Assembly: GCA_963777975.1 (NCBI GenBank)
Contig: CAVZSO010000009.1
Location: 1,481-65,480, forward strand
From: an uncultured Chloroflexia bacterium
GTDB taxonomy: Bacteria; Chloroflexota; Limnocylindria; Limnocylindrales; CSP1-4
Direction: 5' to 3'
DNA length: 64,000 nt
This document shows, piece by piece, positions 1 through 12,528 of the stretch; the stretch's first letter is position 1; every line of letters starts with the position of its first letter. Below the pieces are notes generated by a model. The model worked only from the letters and a program-made list of their open reading frames with translations, ran no database searches and had not been told where the DNA came from. The translations under genes were made by a program, and so were the position numbers.

Positions 1-174
1 GCCTTCGCCGCCGCGCGGCTGCAGCGCGCGGACGCGGACGCGGCCCGCATGAACGTGCGGGGCACGCCGACGCTGACCGTCGAGCGCGGGAACGGCCCGG
101 AGCGCGTGTTGCAGGCCAGCCCGCTCGACGCCGCGGCCGTCCAGGCCGAGCTCGATCAGGCGGCGGCCCGATGA
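1..174 (+). CDS. DsbA-like thioredoxin-fold protein, C-terminal fragment (5' end lies outside the window)
   Basis: Frame 1 is open from base 1 to TGA at 172-174. The translation ...MNVRGTPTLTVERGNGPERVLQASPLD... resembles the C-terminal 'GTPT' region of DsbA-family proteins. The stop overlaps the ATG of the next gene (ATGA). Confidence 0.55.
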   Translation, partial: AFAAARLQRADADAARMNVRGTPTLTVERGNGPERVLQASPLDAAAVQAELDQAAAR

Positions 175-588
175 GGGCCGCCGCGATCGGCGTCGCGCTC
201 GCCGGCCTCGGCATCGCGACCTACCTGACCGTCGTCCACTACACCGGCGGGCAGCCGGTCTGCGCGGTCGCCCACGGCTGCGCGACGGTGCAGGCCTCCG
301 ACTACGCGAAGCTCGGGGGCGTGCCCGTCGCTGCTCGGCGTGCTCGGCTACCTCGGCCTGCTCGTCGCGCTGGCCCGCGACGGAGAGGTATCGCGCACCG
401 CGGCCGCGTTCCTCTCGCTCGCCGGGCTCGCGTTCTCGGGCTGGCTGACCTACGTGGAGATCGGGATCCTGAACGCGATCTGCATCTGGTGCGTGGGCTC
501 GGCGATCTGCATGGCGCTGCTGTCGGTGCTGACCGTCGCCCGGATGCTCCGCGCGGAGCCCGCCGGGGGTGCGCTGTCGGCCCGTTGA
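171..588 (+). pseudogene. Vitamin K epoxide reductase (VKOR) family membrane protein; one frame change near 325-340
   Basis: The ORF from 171 gives MRAAAIGVALAGLGIATYLTVVHYTGGQPVCAVAHGCATVQASDYAKLGGVPVA. It continues in ORF 340-588 as LGYLGLLVAL...WLTYVEIGILNAICIWCVGSAICMALL. A loop Cys pair plus CxxC (CIWC) in a TM helix is the VKOR signature. It follows a DsbA-like gene. Confidence 0.75.
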
Positions 589-637
589 CTCGTCCATCCG
601 GCCAGCCGGGGCCGTCGCCGCCGCCCGCGCGCCTAGG

Positions 638-1356
638 GTGGGCACACCGTGCCCGCCCCCGCAGACGCCGGCCGTCCGCCGCGCTCGTCGTCGCGCTGCT
701 CGCGCTCTTCGTCGCCGTCGGCGGGCCCGCGGAGGCGGCGCGGCTGATCGGCTCCAAGGACGTCAAGAACGGCTCGCTGAAGACCGAGGAACCTGTGCGC
801 GCGCAACGCCGTAGAGACGCTGCAGGCGACCCCGCGGCGCTCGATCGCGGAGCGCGAGCTGCGCGACGGCGCCGTCGCGACCGCGAAGCTCCGCGACGGC
901 GCGATCACCCCGGTGAAGATCGCCCCGGCCGCGATCGGCTCGGCCCAGCTCGCGGTCGACGCCGTGGGTCCGCGCGAGCTGCGGGCCGGCGCCGCCGGCT
1001 CGGTCCAGCTCGCCGACGGGGCGGTGACGGGCGCGAAGGTCGCGGACGGCTCGCTCGACTCGCGCGACCTCGCTCGCTTCTCAGGCCGCTTCCGTGTGTC
1101 CGTGCCGGCCGTCCCGGCGCGCGAGTGCTGGTCGGGTGAGCCGGTCGGCCTGGCGCCGGAGGTCGCCGGCGCCGACCTCTCCGGCGACCTCGTGCTCGTC
1201 ACGCCGGACGCCTCGTGGCCGGAGCGCTCGCTCGCCTTCACCGTGCGCGGCTCCGCGATCCGCTCGCGCTTCGTGCTCGCCGGCTGCAACGTGACCGGCG
1301 CGGCGACGGCGGCGGTCGAGGTCGGCTTCCGCTACGTCGTGATCGACCTGCCCTAG
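638..1356 (+). pseudogene. Hypothetical membrane-anchored or secreted repeat protein; frame change near 790-810, start uncertain
   Basis: A hydrophobic segment RPSAALVVALLALFVAVGGPAEAARLIGSKDVKNGSLKTE lies in frame 3. The reading then moves to frame 1: RELRDGAVATAKLRDGAITPVKIAPAAIGSAQLAVDAV...GAVTGAKVADGSL (ORF 913-1356). No family recognised. Confidence 0.4.
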
Positions 1357-2069
1357 AGGATCGTCGCGACGGTCCCGCCGTCGACCGACCACGCCGCGCC
1401 GGTCACCTTCGACGCGCGCTCGGAGCAGAGGAACGCCACGGCGGCGATCTCCTCGACCGTCGCAAGCGGCCGAGCGGGTCGCGCTCCTGGATCTCGATCG
1501 CCTCCTCGCGGCGATCCGCGCCCCGCCGCGGTCTGGTCGACCAGCGCGCCCTCGGCCGTCCACTGCCGCGCGCGACCGCGGCCGGGAGTCACGGCGTTGA
1601 CGAGCACGCCGTGCGCGGCGTACGTGTCGGCGAACACGCGCGACAGCGAGAGCTGCGCGGCCTTCGTCACCGAGTAGGCGGCGTTGGTGAGCGACGGGCG
1701 CTTGCCGGCCGACGAGGCGACGTTGACGATCCGCCCCCAGCCGCGCTCGGCCATGCCGGGCGCGAACGCGCGCATCAGCCGCATCGACGCCATCACGTGC
1801 AGCTCCCACTGGCCGTTCCACTCGTCGTCGGTGAGGTCGTCGAGCCGCGGCGAAGCTCGTGCCGGCGTTGTTGACGAGGATGTCGACGGGCGCCCGGGCG
1901 AGCTCGGCGATCCGCTCCGCGGCGTCCGGCGCCGTGACGTCGATGCCGTCGCCCGCGACACGCGGACGACGCGCGCGCCCTCCGCCTCGAGCAGCGCGGC
2001 GGTCGCGGCGCCGATGCCGCGGCTCGCACCCGTGACGACCGCCATCCGGCCCTCGATCTCCAGGTCCAT
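1353..2069 (-). pseudogene. SDR-family short-chain dehydrogenase/reductase; internal compensating frame changes
   Basis: The 238-aa ORF has MAVVTGASRGIGAATAALL (TGxxxGIG), NVASSAGKRPSLTNAAYSVTKAA (catalytic YxxxK), VNAVTPG, and a C-terminal ...EEIAAVAFLCSERASKVTGAAWSVDGG. Segments in between read as Arg/Ser-rich nonsense. Confidence 0.8.
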
Positions 2070-2079
2070 GCCCTGAGTC

Positions 2080-3421
<1,342 letters not shown>

Positions 3422-3428
<7 letters not shown>

Positions 3429-4568
3429 CTCTCGACAATCATCGCCTGCCCCATCCCGCCGGCCACGCACATCGTCTCGAGACCGTTGGTGCCGTCGGTC
3501 GCGTCGAGGCCGTTCAGCAGCGTCGTCATGATTCTCGCGCCGGTCATGCCGAACGGGTGACCGAGGGCGATCGCGCCGCCGAACGGGTTGAGCTTCTCCG
3601 GGGTCGATCCCGCAGCTCGTCACGGCACGGCACGACCTGGGCGGCGAACGCCTCGTTGAGCTCCACCATGTCGATGTCGTCGATCGTCATCCCGGCCTGC
3701 TCGAGCACGCGCCGACCGCGGGGATCGGGCCGAGGCCCATGATCTCCGGCCGGATCGCGGCGACCGAGGAGGCGATGATGCGGGCGTTCGGCTTCACGCC
3801 CAGCCTCGCGGTCGCGTCGGACATCACCAGCACGGCGGCCGCGCCGTCGTTGAGCGGGCACGCGTTGCCGGCCGTGACCGTGCCGCTCTCGGGGCGGAAC
3901 ACCGGCTTGAGCTCCGCCAGCTTCTCCATCGTCGTGCCGGGGCGCGGGCCGTCGTCGCGCGCGCCTCGGGCCGTGGCGTCGCTGACCGGGACGATCTCCG
4001 CGTCGAAGTGCCCGCCGTCGCGCGCCGCGACCGCGCGGTCCTGGGAGACGTCGGCCCACTCGTCCTGCGCCTCGCGGCAGACCTTGCAGCGCTGCGCCAC
4101 GTTCTCGGCCGTCTTCCCCATCGGGATGTAGACGTCGTAGGGCGCGCCGCTCGGAGCCGTCGAGCCTCGGGTGGGGTTCCCACGGCTCCGCGGCGGGGAA
4201 GCGCGACACGGCCTCGACGCCCGCCGCGACGTACTGGTCGCCCTCGCCGGCCTTGATCGCGTGGAACGCCATCCGGATCGTCTGCAGCGAGGAGGCGCAG
4301 AAGCGGTTGACGGTCGTCGCCGGCATGTGATGGTCGATCCCCGACAGCAGCTCGCGTTGCGGCCGACGTTGTCACCCGCTTCGCCCACCTGGAACCCGCA
4401 GCCCATCATGATGTCGTCGGTCTCGCCGAAGTCGACGCCGGGGTTGCGCTCGACGAGCGCCGTCAGCGGCACGGCCGCGAGGTCGTCCGTGCGGACGTCC
4501 TTGAGGGATCCCTTCGCCGCGCGCCCGATCGGCGTGCGGATCGCGTCGACGATGACGGCTTCAGGCAT
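3422..4568 (-). pseudogene. Acetyl-CoA C-acetyltransferase (thiolase); spread over three frames
   Basis: MPEAVIVDAIRTPIGRAAKGSLKDVR (ATG at 4566-4568), VNRFCASSLQTIRMAFHAIKAGEGD (active-site Cys), GNACPLNDGAAAVLVMS, NEAFAAQV, NPFGGAIALGHPFGMTGARI, and CVAGGMGQAMIVERLH followed by a stop. Confidence 0.85.
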
Positions 4569-5469
4569 TCGTCTCCTGTTGACTGACCAGTCGATCGGTC
4601 TCGAGGTCGGGCTCCGGGAACGCCGACGGCGCGCGCCGCGAGCGCGCAGCCCGCCGCGAGCTGCTCCGCCGGCTCCGCCCCGGCCGCGCGGGCGGCGAGC
4701 AGCCCGGCGGCGAAGGCGTCGCCCGCGCCCGTGGTGTCGACCACCTCCGCGGGCTCGGCCGAGCAGCGCAGCACGCGCTCGCCGTCGCTCCAGACGGCGC
4801 CCGCCGCCCCGCACGTCACCACCACCTCGCGCCCGCCGCCGGCGAGCATGCGGGCGGCGCGCGACGCGTCCGCCTCACGCGTCAGCACGCGCGCCTCGTC
4901 GGCGTTGGGGAGCAGCAGCGCCGCGCCGGCCGCCCAGTCCAGGAACGCGGGCTCGGCGGCCAGCGGGAGCGGCCGAGGAGGGATCGACCGAGACGGTCAT
5001 CCCGCGCGCGGCGGCCAGCTCCAGCGCGCGCAGCATCGCCGGCCGCGAGCCGGGCCGCGGCGGCCGTAGCCGGTCAGATGCAGATGCTCGCCGTCCGCGA
5101 GCTCCGCGAGCTCGAGCGCGTCGTTGGCGCCCGCGTCGGGGATCATCGTGCGCTCGCCGCCCGGGTGCACGAGCACGATGCAGGTGCCGGTCGGGAGCTC
5201 CGCGTCGCGCTCGACCGCCAGCGAGACGCCGCCCAGCGCGGCGACCGCCGCATCCCCGAGCGGGTCCGCGCCCGCACGGCCGGCGAAGGCGACCCGCGCT
5301 CCCGCGTGCGCGAGCCAGGCGGCGACGTTGGCACCGAGCCGCCCTGGTGCTGCGCGATCCGCGCCGGCGTGTCGCTGCCGCGCGCCAGCTCGCCGGGCAG
5401 CGCCGCGACGACGTCGACCATCAGGTCCCCGACCACCACGACGCGCGCGGCGGCCCCGCGCGCGCTCAC
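4561..5469 (-). pseudogene. psuK: PfkB-family carbohydrate kinase, probably pseudouridine kinase; frame changes, 3' end uncertain
   Basis: VVVVGDLMVDVVAALPG..., VAAWLAHAGARVAFAGRAG, IVLVHPGGERTMIPDAGAN, and DTTGAGDAFAAGLLAA (PfkB signature). The GTG start overlaps the psuG stop (GTGA). It lies immediately downstream of psuG. Confidence 0.7.
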
Positions 5470-6371
5470 ACCGCGGCGGCGGCGATCCGCGCCGCCAGCT
5501 CGGCGTTGCGCAGCACGATCCGCACGTTGACCTCGAGGCTCGCGCCACCGGTCTCGCGATGGAAGTGGTCGAGCAGGAACGGCGTCGCCTCCTTGCCCGT
5601 GGCGCCGGCGCGCTCCGCCGCGGCGAGGCCGTCCGCGAGCACGCGCGCGTGCAGCGCCGGGTCGAGCTGCTCGGCCTCCGGCAGCGGGTTGGCGACCACG
5701 ATCCCGGCCTGATCGCCGAGCGCGGCGCGGGCGCGCACGACGGCCGCCGCCTCCTCGGGCGTGTCGACGCGCCACGGCGCCGGGTGGCCGGAGTCGGCAA
5801 GGTAGAAGCCGGGGAACGCATCGGTGCCGTAGCCGAGCACGGTCACGTTGAGCGTCTCGAGCCGCTCGAGCGTCGCGCCGACGTCCAGGATCGACTTCAC
5901 GCCCGCGCAGACGATCGTGATCGGCGTCGCCGCCAGCGTGCCGAGGTCGGCCGACTCGTCCCACGTCTCGCGCGCCCCGCGATGGACGCCGCCGAGCCCG
6001 CCCGTGGCGAACACGCCGATCCCCGCGCGCACGGCGAGCGACGAGGTGGCGGCGACCGTCGTCGCCCCGTGCGCGCCGCGCGCCAAAGCCGGCGGGAGGT
6101 CGCGCACGCCGCACTTGACGACGTCGGGCGAGCTCGCGATCACCTCCAGCGCGGCGTCGTCGAGCCCGATCCTCACCTCGCCACCGACGAGCGCGATCGT
6201 GGCCGGCACGGCGCCCGCCGCGCGCACCGCGTCCTCGACCTCGCGCGCGACCGCGAGGTTGCGCGGGCGCGGCAGGCCGTGGGAGATGATCGTGCTCTCG
6301 AGGGCCACCACCGGGCGGCCGCTCGCGAGCGCTTCGGAGACCTCGTCATGGATGCGCATGTGCGGCGCCAA
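5466..6371 (-). CDS. psuG: Pseudouridine-5'-phosphate glycosidase
   Basis: Intact 301-aa ORF: [22 protein letters not shown]..., [69 protein letters not shown]. This is the typical YeiN/PsuG pattern. Confidence 0.92.
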   Translation of the reverse strand: MAPHMRIHDEVSEALASGRPVVALESTIISHGLPRPRNLAVAREVEDAVRAAGAVPATIALVGGEVRIGLDDAALEVIASSPDVVKCGVRDLPPALARGAHGATTVAATSSLAVRAGIGVFATGGLGGVHRGARETWDESADLGTLAATPITIVCAGVKSILDVGATLERLETLNVTVLGYGTDAFPGFYLADSGHPAPWRVDTPEEAAAVVRARAALGDQAGIVVANPLPEAEQLDPALHARVLADGLAAAERAGATGKEATPFLLDHFHRETGGASLEVNVRIVLRNAELAARIAAAAV

Positions 6372-6414
6372 CTCTAGGCGTAACGCTTGTACGCCTACCT
6401 AGACTCAGAGGTAC

Positions 6415-7077
6415 ATGTTCTTCACCCGCCACAAGACCAATCTGCTCGAGCCGGAGCAGGTCCTGCCCGGCCGCGAGACGCCGCATCCCCGTCCCGGATC
6501 GCCACGACGTGCTCGGGACGCCGCTCGAAGCCCCCGTTCCCCGACGGCCTCGAGACCGCCGTCTTCGGCATGGGCTGCTTCTGGGGCGCCGAGCGGATCT
6601 TCTGGCAGGCCGCCCGGCGTCTACACGACGGCCGTCGGCTACGCGGGCGGGCATCACGCCGAACCCGACCTACGAGGAGGTGTGCTCCGGCCGCACCGGC
6701 CACACCGAGGTCGTGCTCGTCGTCGTTCGACCCGCGCGCAGATCGCCTACGAGGCGATGCTGCAGGCTCTTCTGGGAGAACCACGACCCGACCCAGGGCA
6801 TGCGCCAGGGCAACGACGTCGGCACCCAGTACCGCTCGGCGATCTACGCCACGACGCCGAGCGCAGCTCGAGGCGGCCGAGGCGTCGCGCGAGACCTACC
6901 AGGCGCGAGCTCGGCGACGCCGGGCTACGGCGAGATCACCACCGAGATCGCCGACGGCCGGCGACGTTCTACTACGCCGAGGACTACCACCAGCAGTACC
7001 TGGCCAAGAACCCGAACGGCTACTGCGGGCTCGGCGGCACCGGCGTCTCCTGCCCGATCGGGATCACCGCCGCCTGA
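6415..7077 (+). pseudogene. msrA: Peptide-methionine (S)-S-oxide reductase MsrA; about 9 frame switches in 663 nt
   Basis: Motif fragments alternate among all three forward frames: [17 protein letters not shown] / [12 protein letters not shown] / [20 protein letters not shown] / [26 protein letters not shown] / GYGEITTEI / [30 protein letters not shown]. Confidence 0.85.
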
Positions 7078-7638
7078 GAGGCGGCACCTCCTCGCCGGCG
7101 CGCGCGGACTCGATCAGCATCGCGAGGCGGCGCTCGCGCGTCGCCTCGCGCTTGGCGCTGATCACCCAGCCACGACCGCGCGCCGGTAGGACGGCGCCGC
7201 GACCCTCGAAGTCCGCCTGCGCTCTCGAGTCCGCCGCCAGCGCCGCCGCGTAGGGCTCCGGCAGCGACTCCGGCCGCTCGCCCTGCTCGAACGAGTAGAC
7301 GCCGGAGTGGGTCTCGGCGCGCCGCGAACGCCGCGCGCCCGGCGGCGGTCATCCTGCCCGCGGACTCGAGCTCCTCGACCCTGGCGACGTTGACCTTGCT
7401 CCACGTGCTGCTCGGCTTGCGCGGCGTGAAGCGGTTGCGGTAGCTGATCTCGTCGATCGGGTGGCGCATGCCGTCGATCCAGCCGAAGCACAGCGCCTCG
7501 TCCACCGCCTCCGACCACGTCATGGTCGGCAGTCCGTCGCCTTGGCGGAAGCCGACCCAGACCTCGGTCGCCGTCGCGTGGTGGGCCTCCAGCCACGCGC
7601 GCCACTGCGCCGTGGTCTCGAAGAAGTGCACCTCCACG
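7064..7638 (-). pseudogene. YdeI/OmpD-associated (OmdA) family protein; frame change in the C-terminal half
   Basis: VEVHFFETTAQWRAWLEAHHATATEVWVGFRQGDGLPTMTWSEAVDEALCFGWIDGMRHPIDEISYRNRFTPRKPSSTWSKVNVARVEELESAGRMTAAG. In another frame: ...[30 protein letters not shown] followed by a stop. Confidence 0.7.
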
Positions 7639-7683
7639 CCCCCAGTATGGTCCGCGATCTCCCCGATTCCGTAGTCCCCTGAC

Positions 7684-9093
7684 GTGCCGAAGGATCCGAA
7701 GGCTCCCCCCACCTCCCGCATCGCCCGCACCGGGCGCGTCGGCGGCCTCGTCGCCGGCCAGAGCCTGCGCTGGGCCGGCACGCGCGCTGCGAACCTCGTG
7801 CGCTCGCCCGAGCGCGCGGAGGAGGCGACCGGCGAGCGCTCGGCGGCGCTGGCGCGCGAGCTCGTCGAGCAGCTCGGCCAGATGCGCGGCGCGGCGATGA
7901 AGGTCGGCCAGGTGCTCTCGACCGTCGACTTCATGGCGATCCCGGAGGGCGAGCGCGAGGAGTTCAAGCGCACGCTCGCGTCGCTGCGCGACGAGGTGCC
8001 GCCGCTGCCCTTCAAGCGGATGGAGAAGCTGCTGCGCGACGAGCTCGGGATCCCGCTCTCGGAGGCCTTCGCCGACTTCGAGCCCGAGGCGTTCGCGGCC
8101 GCCTCGATCGGCCAGGTGCACCGCGCCGTCACGCACGATGGGCGGCGCGTCGCGGTCAAGGTCCAGTACCCGGGCGTCGCCGAGGCGGTCGAGACCGACC
8201 TGCGCAACCTGCAGGTGCTGCTGCCGCTGGTCAAGCGGCTCGCGCCAGGGCTCGACGTCAAGGCGCTCGCCGCCGAGCTGCGCGAGCGGATCGCGGAGGA
8301 GCTCGACTACGAGATCGAGGCGCAGAACCACCGCGCCGTCGAGCGCGCCTGGCGCGGGCACCCGCTGGCGTACGTGCCGCCCGTCGACACCTCGCTCTCG
8401 AGCCGCCGCGTGCTCGTCACGGAGCTGATCGAGGGGAAGCGCTTCGAGGAGGTCAAGCAGCTCCCCGAGCCCGAGCGCGACCGCTTCGCCGAGATCGTCT
8501 TCCGCTTCTTCTTCGGCACGCTCGCCCACCTGCGGCGCGCGGCGGGCGACCCGCACCCCGGGAACTACCTGCTGCTCGCCGACGGCCGCGTCGGCTTCCT
8601 CGACTTCGGGCTGATGCGCGTCGTCGACGCCGACTACCTGGAGACCGAGCGCGAGATCGCCCGCGCCGCCGCGGCCCTCGACGCCGCGGGCACCCACGCC
8701 GCGCTGGCCGCCGCGGGCTACCTCCCCGACCCGCGCGCGTTCGAGCCCGAGCGCCTGCTCGCCCAGATCCGGACCGCGGGCGAGTGGTACTTCACGCCGG
8801 GCTTCTCCCGCCTGTCCCCGGGCTCCGTCGCGGACCTGATGGAGCGCGCCTCCTCCCCGCGCTCGGACTTCTACGAGGAGATGCGCCAGGAGACCGTGCC
8901 GCCCCAGGCGCTGCTCATCCGCCGCATGGAGGGCCTGGTGCTGGCGGTGCTGGGCGAGCTGCGGGCCGGCGGCGACTGGGGTCCGCTGGCCGCGGAGTAC
9001 TACGACGGTGCGCCGCCCTCGACCCCGCTGGGGGAGCAGGACGCGGCCTTCTGGACGAACGACGGGCTGGCGCGCGGCGCGGGAGCGTCATAG
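7684..9093 (+). CDS. ABC1/AarF/UbiB-family atypical protein kinase
   Basis: Intact 469-aa ORF: GAAMKVGQVLSTVDF, FADFEPEAFAAASIGQVHRAV..GRRVAVKVQYPGV, DPHPGNYLLL, and LDFG. Confidence 0.9.
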   Translation: MPKDPKAPPTSRIARTGRVGGLVAGQSLRWAGTRAANLVRSPERAEEATGERSAALARELVEQLGQMRGAAMKVGQVLSTVDFMAIPEGEREEFKRTLASLRDEVPPLPFKRMEKLLRDELGIPLSEAFADFEPEAFAAASIGQVHRAVTHDGRRVAVKVQYPGVAEAVETDLRNLQVLLPLVKRLAPGLDVKALAAELRERIAEELDYEIEAQNHRAVERAWRGHPLAYVPPVDTSLSSRRVLVTELIEGKRFEEVKQLPEPERDRFAEIVFRFFFGTLAHLRRAAGDPHPGNYLLLADGRVGFLDFGLMRVVDADYLETEREIARAAAALDAAGTHAALAAAGYLPDPRAFEPERLLAQIRTAGEWYFTPGFSRLSPGSVADLMERASSPRSDFYEEMRQETVPPQALLIRRMEGLVLAVLGELRAGGDWGPLAAEYYDGAPPSTPLGEQDAAFWTNDGLARGAGAS

Positions 9094-9105
9094 GCTGCCG
9101 CGTCG

Positions 9106-9591
9106 ATGCTCCGCCCGCTGCTGCTCGCCATCGCCCTCCTGACCGTCGCCGCGCCCGCCGCGAGCGCGCGCACGATCGACGTGCCGAAGCGCTTCGCGAC
9201 CCAGCTCGTGCGCGCGCACGCCCAGACGCAGGTGCCGATCCTGCTGCCCCAGAAGATGACCGCGGACTTCCGCCGCTTCTTTCCCGAGGGCCGCGCGACC
9301 GCGGGCGCCTGGCGCTTCGACCTCGCCGCCGCGCAGGGCTGCAACCAGGCGACGGCGTGCTTCATCGCCGAGTTCAAGGGCGTCCGCGACGGGAAGCCGA
9401 GCGGCCGCCGCTCGATCCGCCTCAATCGCGGCCGCACCGGCTACTACACGCGCGGCTCCTGCGGCGCGTCCTGCACTCCGCCGAGCATCGAGTGGCGCGA
9501 GCGCCACACGCTCTACTCGATCCAGGCGAAGGTGCCCAAGCGCGAGCTGATCCGGATGGCCGACTCGGCCATCCGCAACGGCCCGCGCTGA
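9106..9591 (+). CDS. Hypothetical secreted protein (signal peptide, four Cys)
   Basis: Intact 161-aa ORF. The N-terminus MLRPLLLAIALLTVAAPAASA is a signal-peptide-like segment. No family recognised. Confidence 0.55.
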   Translation: MLRPLLLAIALLTVAAPAASARTIDVPKRFATQLVRAHAQTQVPILLPQKMTADFRRFFPEGRATAGAWRFDLAAAQGCNQATACFIAEFKGVRDGKPSGRRSIRLNRGRTGYYTRGSCGASCTPPSIEWRERHTLYSIQAKVPKRELIRMADSAIRNGPR

Positions 9592-9594
9592 GGC

Positions 9595-10438
9595 CTACGC
9601 CTTCCGGTACAACCGCACCGTCAGCGGCGCGAACACCGCGGTCAGCACGCCCGCGCTGAGCAGCGAGATCAGGATCGACCCGGTCTCGGCGTCGCCGCCC
9701 ATCAGCCCGCGCGAGGCGGTCGTGAGGTGGGTGACCGGGTTGTGGCGCACGAACGCCTCGCAGCCAGCCCGGCATCGTCTCCGGCGCGACGAAGATGTTG
9801 CGTCGGGAACGTCGAGCGGCATCAGGAACACGAAGCTGGTGGTCATGACCGACTCGGGCGTCTTCACCTTCATGCCGAAGATGATCCAGATCCACGAGAG
9901 GCCGAAGGCGAACAGCGGGACCAGCCCGATCGCGGCGAGCACGCCGACGCGCCGCCGTCGGGCGGAAGCCGATGATGAGGCCGAGCAGGACGACGATCAC
10001 GCGACGCGACGAGTAGCGGACGCGTCGCCGATGAGCGCGCCGACGAGCGGCGCGGGCTGCCAGATCGGCAGCGAGCGGAAGCGGTCGTAGAGGCCCTTCT
10101 GGATGTCCGTGTTGAGCGCCGACGCCCGTGTAGACGGTGATGAAGATGATCGTCTGCACGAGGATGCCGGGGAGCAGGAACTGGATGTAGTCGCCGGTCG
10201 ACCCGGCGAGCGCGCCGCCGAACATGTACGTGAACAGCAGCGTGAACATGATCGGCGTGATCGTCACGTCGAACAGCTGAATCGGGACGTGCTTGATCTT
10301 GAGCATGCCGCGCCAGCCGAGCGTGCAGGCGCTGGGAGACGGCGCGGACGCGCGGGCCGCTCGCCCGACAGCCAGCGCGGCGATGGACCTGCTCGCGCTC
10401 CGGGGTGCGCTCGGCGGTCGGTGCTCGACGGCGCTCAT
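9595..10438 (-). pseudogene. ABC-2 type transporter permease (DrrB-like); frame changes
   Basis: MSAVEHRP..., [100 protein letters not shown], and SLLSAGVLTAVFAPLTVRLYRKA followed by a stop. Confidence 0.75.
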
Positions 10439-11420
10439 GCCGGTGACCTCCTGCTGCTTGGCGTCGTCCTCGGCCGGACGGCCGGTGAGCGCGAAGAAGA
10501 CGTCGTCGAGGCTCGGCTGGCCGAGCGAGAAGTCGGCGACGCCGGATGCCGCGCGCACGAGCGCGGCGAGCGCCTCCGACGCCTGGTCGGCGCTCGCGGC
10601 ACGTTGCACGCGACAGCGCCGGCCGGATCGGTGGCGAGCAGCACGCCGTCGCCGAGCACCGGCGATGACCGCGGCGCCGCGGCGCGGTCGCCGGGCTCGA
10701 CCAGCCGCAAGTGCAGCGCGCTGCTGCCCGACCGAGGCCTTGAGCTCGCGGCTGCGTGCCCTCCGCGATCACGCGCCCGTGGTCGATCACCGCGATCCGG
10801 TCGGCGAGCCGGTCGGCCTCCTCCAGGTACTGGGTGCGTCAGCAGCACGGTGGTGCCCTCGGCCGACGATCTGCGCGGACGATGTCCCAGACCTGGTTGC
10901 GGCTGCGCGGGTCGAGGCCCGTGGTCGGCTCGTCGAGGAACAGGAGCTCGGGCGTGTGACCAGGCTGGCGGCGATGTCGATGCGGCGCCGCATGCCGCCC
11001 GAGTAGGTCCGCACCTGCTTGGCCGGCCGCGTCGCGAGGCCGAACGCCGCCGAGCAGCTCGGTCGCGCGCGCCTTCGCGCCCGTCCACGACAGGCCCGAG
11101 CAGGCGGCCACCAGGACGAGGTTCTCGCGGCCGGTCAGATCCTCGTCGACCGAGGCGTACTGGCCGGTGAGGCTGACCGTGCGAGCGCACCGCGTCGGCC
11201 TCGGCGACGACGTCGTGGCCGAGCACGGAGGCGCGGCCGCTCGTCGGCTTGAGCAGCGTGGTGAGCATCCGGATCGTGGTGGTCTTGCCGGCGCCGTTCG
11301 GGCCCGAGGAGCCCGTAGACGGTGCCGCTGCGGATCGTGCAGGTCGACGCCGTCGACCGCGCGCGTCTCGCCGAAGGACTTGGCGAGGCCCTCGGCCTCG
11401 ATGGCGGGAGTCGTACTCAT
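10435..11420 (-). pseudogene. ABC transporter ATP-binding protein (DrrA-like); frame changes
   Basis: [78 protein letters not shown] (Walker B region), and [12 protein letters not shown]. Confidence 0.8.
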
Positions 11421-11500
11421 CTTTTCCTCAGACTGTCAGGTGGCGCGGAACTCATCGGTGCGGGCAGCACCCCATTGGTCGCGCGAGGTTCGAGTCCGTT

Positions 11501-12524
11501 TCAGGAGACGGTGCGGCCGACCAGCGAGGCGTGCGCGGCCACGTTCCGCGCGAAGTCGGCGAAGTCGCGCGCGTAGAGCGCCTGCGGGCCGTCGCAGAGC
11601 GCCTCCTCGGGGTCCTCGTGGACCTCGACGATGATGCCGTCGGCGCCGACCGCGGCGGCGGCGCGCGCCAGCGGCTCGACCAGCCGGCGGTCGCCGGAGG
11701 CGTGGCTGGGATCGACGATCACCGGCAGGTGCGTGTGCAGCTTCAGCCACGGCACGGCGCCGAGGTCGAGCGTGAAGCGCGTCGCGGTCTCGAACGTGCG
11801 GATGCCGCGCTCGCACAGCATCACGTGCTCGTTGCCCTCCTTGAGGATGTAGTCCGCCGCCATCAGCAGCTCGTCGAGCGAGGACGACAGGCCGCGCTTG
11901 AGCAGCACGGGCTTGCCGAGCTTGCCCGCGACCTCCAGCAGCGCGTAGTTCTGCATGTTGCGCGCGCCGATCTGGATCACGTCGGCGTGCTCGGCGATCG
12001 CGTCGGCGTGCTGGGTGTCGAGGAACTCGGTGACGATCGGCAGGCCGGTCTCGGCGCGCGCCTCGGCGAGGATCTCCAGCCCCTGCACGCCGAGGCCCTT
12101 GAACGCGAACGGCGAGGTGCGCGGCTTGAACGCGCCGCCGCGCAGCATCGAGGCGCCGGCGGCCGCGACCACGCGCGCGACGCCGAGCGTCTGCTCGCGC
12201 GACTCGACCGTGCACGGGCCCGGCGATCAGGCAGAACGTCTCGTCGCCGCCGACCCGCCGCCCGTCGACGGCGAACGCGGTCGGCTCGTGGTGGGCGAGC
12301 TCGGAGGAGGCGAGCTTGTACGGGCGCGAGATCGGCACGACGCGGTCGACGCCGGCCATGCCCTCGAGCCCCAGCTCGCGCACGCCCTCGGGATCGCCGA
12401 TCGCCCCGATCGCGGTCGTCAGCTCGCCGGGCAGGACGAGCACGTGCACGCCGGTGGTCTCGAGCTTGGCCTTGACGGCCTCGATCTCGACCTCGCCCGC
12501 CTCGGGTGTCATCACGATCATCAC
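11501..12524 (-). pseudogene. 3-deoxy-7-phosphoheptulonate (DAHP) synthase, class I-beta with an N-terminal regulatory-like domain; one frame change near 12200
   Basis: The N-terminus MMIVMTPEAGEVEIEAVKAKLETTGVHVLVLPG...CLIAGP lies in ORF 11436-12524. ORF 11501-12172 then gives [27 protein letters not shown]..., [34 protein letters not shown], and [20 protein letters not shown]. Confidence 0.85.
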
Positions 12525-12528
12525 GGCG

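Noticed and set aside
171-1139. 322-aa plus-strand ORF
   Set aside because: It is a composite. It holds the real VKOR N-terminus, then off-frame Arg-rich read-through, then a short in-frame piece of the next gene.
7162-8697. 511-aa minus-strand ORF. Similar long antisense ORFs occur at 14551-16008, 41735-43609, 44301-45767 and 46313-47509.
   Set aside because: Each lies antisense to an intact, motif-rich gene (ABC1 kinase, FAD oxidase, membrane protein, SPFH, propeller) and translates to Arg/Gly/Asp low-complexity sequence.
11470-11490. GGTTCGAGTCC, a tRNA T-loop-like string in the intergenic region before the DAHP synthase gene
   Set aside because: The flanking 5-nt segments (CGAGG / CCGTT) do not pair as a T-stem, and no acceptor or anticodon arms could be built.
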